A DNA stretch of 64,000 nt from Patescibacteria group bacterium (GTDB lineage Bacteria > Patescibacteriota > Patescibacteriia > UBA10025 > JAHIVO01). A program made the position numbers and the translations under genes. The stretch is taken from NCBI GenBank assembly GCA_049325535.1, contig JBMOKY010000001.1:877942-941941 (forward strand). The letters run 5' to 3'. How positions within the stretch are numbered: the first letter of the stretch is position 1; each line of letters starts with the position of its first letter. The notes under the pieces are model-generated. The model was given only the letters and a program-made list of their open reading frames with translations. It was not told where the DNA came from and did not search any database. Shown here piece after piece: positions 59,540 through 64,000 of this stretch.

Positions 59540-59560
59540 ATGGTACGCGCCCGTCTGCCG

Positions 59561-60313
59561 CTAGAGCAGGCTGTCGATCATGGTCTGGAAGCTGCTGAAG
59601 GGAACCGCTCCAGAAACCAGCTGGCCATTGACAAACGTCGCCGGCGTCCCCTCCACGCCATAGGCTACCCCCGAATCAAATGAATCCTGAACTTTTTGCG
59701 CATACGTGCCCGTATCGAGACAGGTGTCAAATGTTGTTTGATTAAGCCCCAATTCACCGGCAGCCGATTTGAAACTATCCACGCTCAAAGAACCGGCGTC
59801 ATTCAGGGCAAAAAGTTTATCATGCATTTCCCAAAATTTACCCTGCGCCGCGGCACACTCTGATGCCTCAGCTGCTTTTTGAGCATTCTGGTGGAATGAC
59901 AATGGAAAATGACGGAAAATCACTCGCACCTGATCTGGATATGCGTCGAGGATCTGTTCGATTGTCGGCGTATGCCGAGAACAATACGGACACTCAAAAT
60001 CAGAATACTCCACGATGGTAATAGGCGCATCAGCCGCACCACGGATATGATCCTCGTCAGTGATGACAATATCCACCGGGGCCGGAGCGGCAGTATTGGT
60101 TCCCGCTTGGTCAGTATCATCTACGCCGGCAACGATGCCCACATTTGAATTTGTAGTTTTCGACGGAGCATCATCTCCACGGAGCGCCGCGAGCGTTACG
60201 CCAAATCCGATAGTGGACAGCACCGCGACACCAGCCAGGATGCCCATGGCAAAAGCAACCTTGGGAGAGGTCCGATACACGACACGTTCCGACATTCCTT
60301 GTTGATCGTTCAT
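59561..60313 (-). CDS. DsbA-family thiol:disulfide oxidoreductase (membrane-anchored, CPYC active site)
   Basis: 250-aa ORF with an N-terminal TM helix, a thioredoxin fold carrying FECPYCSRH, and the DsbA helical insertion (GKFWEMHDKLF). Confidence 0.85.
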   Translation of the reverse strand: MNDQQGMSERVVYRTSPKVAFAMGILAGVAVLSTIGFGVTLAALRGDDAPSKTTNSNVGIVAGVDDTDQAGTNTAAPAPVDIVITDEDHIRGAADAPITIVEYSDFECPYCSRHTPTIEQILDAYPDQVRVIFRHFPLSFHQNAQKAAEASECAAAQGKFWEMHDKLFALNDAGSLSVDSFKSAAGELGLNQTTFDTCLDTGTYAQKVQDSFDSGVAYGVEGTPATFVNGQLVSGAVPFSSFQTMIDSLL

Positions 60314-60456
60314 AATATTTCAATAATAGTAAGTGGAGATTAGATTGGTTAATTCTATCAGCCAGCCCCCGGCTGTCAAGCGTAGACTGCGTATCCCATT
60401 AACAAAATAACAATCATTCCTGATTGCATGATGCGGAGCGCCATATCAGTCGCCGA

Positions 60457-61137
60457 CTAATTGAGAACCTTCAGCTGGTCAATAATTTGCGCGAACTGAT
60501 CGTAGGTAATCGAGCCGGTGAACGGCCGACCATTGATGAAAAAAGTAGGCGTGCCAGTCACCCCCGCGGTCAGGCCATCGATAAAATCCTGCTCTACTTC
60601 AGCGGCAAACTGCCCCCCGTCCAAGCATTGATTAAATAGCTCCGTATCGAGTCCGATTTCATTGGCATATTCCTTCAGCGCGTCCACCGCCAAATTATCG
60701 TGATTCAGGAACATCTTATCATGCATCTCCCAAAACCTCCCCTGCGCTTGCGCGCACTCTCCCGCTTCAGCAGCTTTTCGCGCGTTCGGATGTGAACTGT
60801 CAATCGGGAAATCCCGATAGACAAAATAGATGTCTTGGCTGTAATTATCCAATAGCTGCCGAACTACCGGAAACGCCTGAAAACAGAACGGGCACTCAAA
60901 ATCAGCGAATTCAACTATCACAATTTTTGCCTGAGGATTGCCGCTCGACGGGTCGTCCTCCGTGGCAAATGTGGTAGTGCCGCCTTGGTTGCTGTTATTG
61001 ATAGAATCAACATTTTGCCGAACGAGCATGTAAAAATAAATCACCCCAATGACGAGGAGAATGGCGATGATGAGTATAATATAAAACCACCGTCGGTACG
61101 GGTTGCGGGAAATAGGTGATCCGGGTTGGATGGTCAT
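60457..61137 (-). CDS. DsbA-family thiol:disulfide oxidoreductase paralog (CPFC active site)
   Basis: 226-aa ORF with an N-terminal TM helix, FECPFCFQAF and GRFWEMHDKMF. It is a tandem paralog of the 59561..60313 gene. Confidence 0.85.
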   Translation of the reverse strand: MTIQPGSPISRNPYRRWFYIILIIAILLVIGVIYFYMLVRQNVDSINNSNQGGTTTFATEDDPSSGNPQAKIVIVEFADFECPFCFQAFPVVRQLLDNYSQDIYFVYRDFPIDSSHPNARKAAEAGECAQAQGRFWEMHDKMFLNHDNLAVDALKEYANEIGLDTELFNQCLDGGQFAAEVEQDFIDGLTAGVTGTPTFFINGRPFTGSITYDQFAQIIDQLKVLN

Positions 61138-61173
61138 ACCCGTTTGATTGGCTCCGGTTAGCGTGCTGAAATT

Positions 61174-61383
61174 TTAGGGGACGAGCTGCGTTCCCTGATC
61201 ATCGTAGATCTCTATTGCCTGAGTCGGACAGGATCGCGCCGCATCCAGAATGGTCTGTTCATCGGCTCCGTTTGGATCGATCAATTTGACCTTACCCTCT
61301 TCATCCAGCTCAAATACCCCGGGAGCGATCGCCACACAGGTAGCGGCGGAAATACATTTATCTCGCTTGAGTTCGATTTTCAT
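61174..61383 (-). CDS. Small single-cluster ferredoxin
   Basis: The start is taken at MKIELKRDKC (ATG at 61383-61381) rather than the called 61428. The Cys pattern C-x5-C...CP is typical of 3Fe-4S/4Fe-4S ferredoxins of about 70 aa. Confidence 0.7.
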   Translation of the reverse strand: MKIELKRDKCISAATCVAIAPGVFELDEEGKVKLIDPNGADEQTILDAARSCPTQAIEIYDDQGTQLVP

Positions 61384-61508
61384 ATGCTGGTGGGGTAAAA
61401 AAATTAGAAACGAATAATCGTACACCACCAGTATACCATGTTTTTACCCAAAAATCAACAGCGTAACATACGTTCGATGTGCGTAGTTCACCTGACGGAT
61501 AGCGCGAA

Positions 61509-62126
61509 TCATGCTGCCGCAGAAAATTTTTCGGCGACTTTTTTCCAATTGACCACCTGCCACCACGCTGCGATGTACTCAGGCCGACGGTTTTGATATG
61601 CTAAATAATACGCGTGTTCCCACACATCGAGCGCGAGAATCGGCGTGCGGCCGTCAGACAGCGGCGTGTCCTGATTGGATGTTTTTTCCACCTGGAGCGA
61701 CCCGTCCGCGGCCACCGTCAACCATGCCCACCCGGAACCAAACTGGGTGGTAGCCGCATCGGTAAATTGCTCCTGGAATTTAGAAAAACTACCAAATTTT
61801 TTTGCTATCGCGGTTGCCAAAGCGCCACTCGGTTCACCGCCAGCGTGCGGCCCCATTATCTCCCAAAACAGCGCATGGTTGACATGTCCGCCGCCGTTAT
61901 TTCGTACCGCGGTACGGATATCCACCGGTACCTGCTCGAGCGTACGGAGTAAATCTTCAGGGGCTCTATCAAAAAGTTCGGGATGCTGTTCCAGCGCCGC
62001 GTTCAGCTTGGTGGTATAGGCAACATGATGCTTGTCATGATGAATCTCCATCGTCTGTTTGTCGATCGCCGGTTCCAAGGCATCATAGGCATAGGGTAAT
62101 GCGGGGGTGCTATAGTGCTCTTTCAT
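61509..62126 (-). CDS. sodA: Fe/Mn superoxide dismutase
   Basis: Starting at [19 protein letters not shown], it has the His ligands (HHDKHH) and the D...WEHAYYL motif. Confidence 0.9.
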   Translation of the reverse strand: MKEHYSTPALPYAYDALEPAIDKQTMEIHHDKHHVAYTTKLNAALEQHPELFDRAPEDLLRTLEQVPVDIRTAVRNNGGGHVNHALFWEIMGPHAGGEPSGALATAIAKKFGSFSKFQEQFTDAATTQFGSGWAWLTVAADGSLQVEKTSNQDTPLSDGRTPILALDVWEHAYYLAYQNRRPEYIAAWWQVVNWKKVAEKFSAAA

Positions 62127-62189
62127 AATAAAAATCATTACTGATTAGTGAATACACGGTACCAGGTCTCTATGCAATGGTCAAAACGT

Positions 62190-62570
62190 TCATTCGACTA
62201 TTTTTGCGATTTTGCCCCGCAGCGTCCGCAATGCCAATAAAGCACACTTCTTTCGAGCAGGCGTAACCGGGACACCCAAATCAGCAATAAACGCATCATC
62301 AGTATAGTGCGCTATTTCTTCCAGTGCCCTCCCTTTCACTTGTTCCGTCAGTACCGAGGCCCCTGCTTTAGTCAGGCTACAACCAGTTCCGGTAAATTTA
62401 ATATCCGTCAGTATCTTTTTCTTGAAATCAATTTGATACTGTAAGTCTACGTTATCACCGCACGAAGGATTGTCAGCCGAAGCAGTTCCGTCAGGTTTAT
62501 CCAGTGTGCCAAAATTACGCGGGTTCTTGGCGTGGTCGATGATAATTTCGCGATACATGTCGAATGTCAT
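62190..62570 (-). CDS. sufU: SUF Fe-S cluster assembly scaffold SufU (NifU-like)
   Basis: 126-aa ORF with three conserved Cys (SCGD, GCS, KKC). It overlaps sufS by 4 nt. Confidence 0.9.
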   Translation of the reverse strand: MTFDMYREIIIDHAKNPRNFGTLDKPDGTASADNPSCGDNVDLQYQIDFKKKILTDIKFTGTGCSLTKAGASVLTEQVKGRALEEIAHYTDDAFIADLGVPVTPARKKCALLALRTLRGKIAKIVE

Positions 62571-63796
62571 ACGCCGAATAGTTTCAAGGCTTTATGTAGA
62601 CCGACAATCAATGCATCAATATCCTCGGTGGTATTGTACACGTAGATGCTGGCACGAGCCGTGGCCTCAAGCTCTAGTTTCTGATGCATAGGCTGGGCGC
62701 AGTGGTGACCGGCGCGGATGGCGATGCGCTGCTCGTCTAATATTGAAGCAAGGTCATGTGGGTGCACCTCCGGCAACGTGAAGGAAAATATTGCACCACG
62801 CTGTTCAGTCGTCGCCGGACCAATCAGCTGTAATCCCGGAATTTCTTTCAACCGCCGTAGACCGTAGTCCGTCAGTTGGTGTTCATGATCAGTAATCGCC
62901 TCCATACCCAATCTTTCTAAATAATCAATCGCTGCGGCCAGGCCAACGGCGCCGGCAATATGCGGTGTGCCAGCCTCAAATTTATAGGGCAATTCATTCC
63001 ATTTCGCTTCAGTAAACGTCACACGGGAAATCATATCCCCACCGGTGAGAAATGGCGGCATGGCTTCGAGCAACTCTTTGCGCCCGTACAATACACCCAT
63101 GCCTGAAGGCCCTAACATCTTATGAGATGAAAAAGCAAAGAAATCAGGCTGTATGATATTCATTGATACGGGCAGGTGCGGAGTACTCTGAGCGCCGTCA
63201 ATCAGAATAACAATATCTTTATTATACGTACGTATGGCACTGATAATATCCGATACTGGATTAATAGTGCCAAGTACATTGGACATATGGGTACAAGCGA
63301 CCAGCTTCGTTTTTGCAGATAATAACTTCGTTAGGTCAGCCAGATCTAATCGATATTCGGCTGTCACCGGCCACCACTTGAGGATGGCGCCCGTGCGCAG
63401 GGCAAGCTGCTGCCACGGTACGATATTGGCGTGGTGCTCCATTTCGGTAATGATGATCTCATCCCCTGATTTCAGATTGGCATTGCCCCAGGTATAAGCA
63501 ACTAAGTTAATACTCTCGGTGGCATTGCGCGTAAAAATTACCTCGGTGGGATCGGCGCCGATAAATCGTGCTACGGTCGCCCGGGACTGTTCGTAGGCTT
63601 CGGATGCCTTTTCTGATAATTTGTAAATGCCCCGGTGCACATTAGCATACGACGTGCTATAGAGGCTGCTCATGGCATCGATCACTGATTGCGGCTTCTG
63701 GCTGGACGCAGTCGAATCTAAATACACCAGTCCAGCATTGTCCGGGTGATAGAAAATCGGGAAATCTTTTTTGACGATCGCTGGATCAAAGCTCAT
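62567..63796 (-). CDS. sufS: Cysteine desulfurase SufS (PLP-dependent, class II)
   Basis: 409-aa ORF with the PLP-Lys region (SSHKMLGPSGMG) and the active-site Cys loop (HHCAQP). Confidence 0.9.
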   Translation of the reverse strand: MSFDPAIVKKDFPIFYHPDNAGLVYLDSTASSQKPQSVIDAMSSLYSTSYANVHRGIYKLSEKASEAYEQSRATVARFIGADPTEVIFTRNATESINLVAYTWGNANLKSGDEIIITEMEHHANIVPWQQLALRTGAILKWWPVTAEYRLDLADLTKLLSAKTKLVACTHMSNVLGTINPVSDIISAIRTYNKDIVILIDGAQSTPHLPVSMNIIQPDFFAFSSHKMLGPSGMGVLYGRKELLEAMPPFLTGGDMISRVTFTEAKWNELPYKFEAGTPHIAGAVGLAAAIDYLERLGMEAITDHEHQLTDYGLRRLKEIPGLQLIGPATTEQRGAIFSFTLPEVHPHDLASILDEQRIAIRAGHHCAQPMHQKLELEATARASIYVYNTTEDIDALIVGLHKALKLFGV

Positions 63797-64000
63797 AACG
63801 CTTTCATAAATGAGGTGAGTTGGGCTTGTTGGGCTTCAGGCGCGTTTGCCAATACTGGCTGAAAAAATCCCTGGATGATCATGTACCGCGCCTGCTGGTA
63901 GGATAGACCGCGCGACTGCAGATAAAATAATTGATCGCTATTGACTCGTCCGGTGGTCGACCCATGCGAGGCGCGGACATCGTCCGCCTCGATCTCCAGC
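63793..64000 (-). CDS. sufD: SufD/SufB-family Fe-S assembly protein, C-terminal end (gene continues beyond window)
   Basis: The reverse complement translates ...ASHGSTTGRVNSDQLFYLQSRGLSYQQARYMIIQGF..., the conserved SufB/D C-terminus. Its TGA overlaps the sufS ATG in an ATGA arrangement. Confidence 0.65.
   Translation of the reverse strand, partial: LEIEADDVRASHGSTTGRVNSDQLFYLQSRGLSYQQARYMIIQGFFQPVLANAPEAQQAQLTSFMKAL

Noticed and set aside
1-64000. CRISPR arrays, rRNA genes, transposases or integrases
   Set aside because: No spaced direct-repeat arrays, rRNA-like segments, DDE transposase or tyrosine/serine recombinase motifs were found. The only mobile-looking features are the GIY-YIG insertion and the integrase-less lgt island.

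Overview
The window is a 64-kb bacterial chromosomal segment of roughly 55% GC. It has the hallmarks of a small-genome, monoderm, surface-decorated organism, probably Candidate Phyla Radiation / Patescibacteria-like; this is an inference from gene content and architecture, not a measured classification.

About half of the window is housekeeping:
- Minus strand, left end: ftsA (partial), dgkA, ybeY.
- Minus strand, 12.8-16.2 kb: yqeY, rpsU, a HIT-family gene, hisS, lepB.
- Plus strand, 37.6-51.0 kb: an LCP-family gene, der, pth, pilT, pilM, mfd, dprA, topA and a Tdh-like epimerase.
- Minus strand, right half: parB/parA, two lgt copies, two DsbA-like genes, a ferredoxin, SOD and sufU-sufS-sufD'.

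The other half is two long minus-strand runs of cell-surface genes:
- 12745->1202: a 2730-aa giant protein whose N-terminus looks like a VirB2/TrbC-type T4SS pilin, followed by a Cys-rich secreted protein and two membrane proteins with thrombospondin-type-3-like Ca-binding repeats.
- 37557->16713: a GT2 polyprenyl-phosphate glycosyltransferase, then a 4422-aa giant protein whose N-terminus is an excisionase/MerR-type helix-turn-helix plus a TM segment. Its C-terminal ~160 aa form a divergent WxL-like domain. Next come a 346-aa protein with the same WxL-like domain, a DUF916/DUF3324-like protein, a dockerin-bearing protein and two cohesin-like-domain membrane proteins.

The second run looks like a WxL-type (csc-like) surface complex combined with a cohesin-dockerin module. 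WxL/csc clusters are so far described from Firmicutes. Here both WxL Trp residues are replaced (YSI / TYI), and this is the most interesting candidate system in the window.

Five tRNAs are present: Val-CAC, Val-GAC, Leu-CAA, Met-CAT and fMet-CAT. Two tRNA loci are unusual:
- The tRNA-Leu gene is preceded by a duplicated 5' half with a 20-nt palindromic insertion and a YhbQ-like GIY-YIG nuclease gene.
- The spacer between the two tRNA-Val genes carries a tRNA 5'-half-like fragment, a 37-nt palindrome and a repeated GC-rich motif.

A low-GC island of about 1.8 kb sits between two lgt copies that share a 197-bp perfectly identical core. It encodes a metzincin-like Zn-protease and a membrane protein. 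No CRISPR array, rRNA, integrase or transposase was seen.
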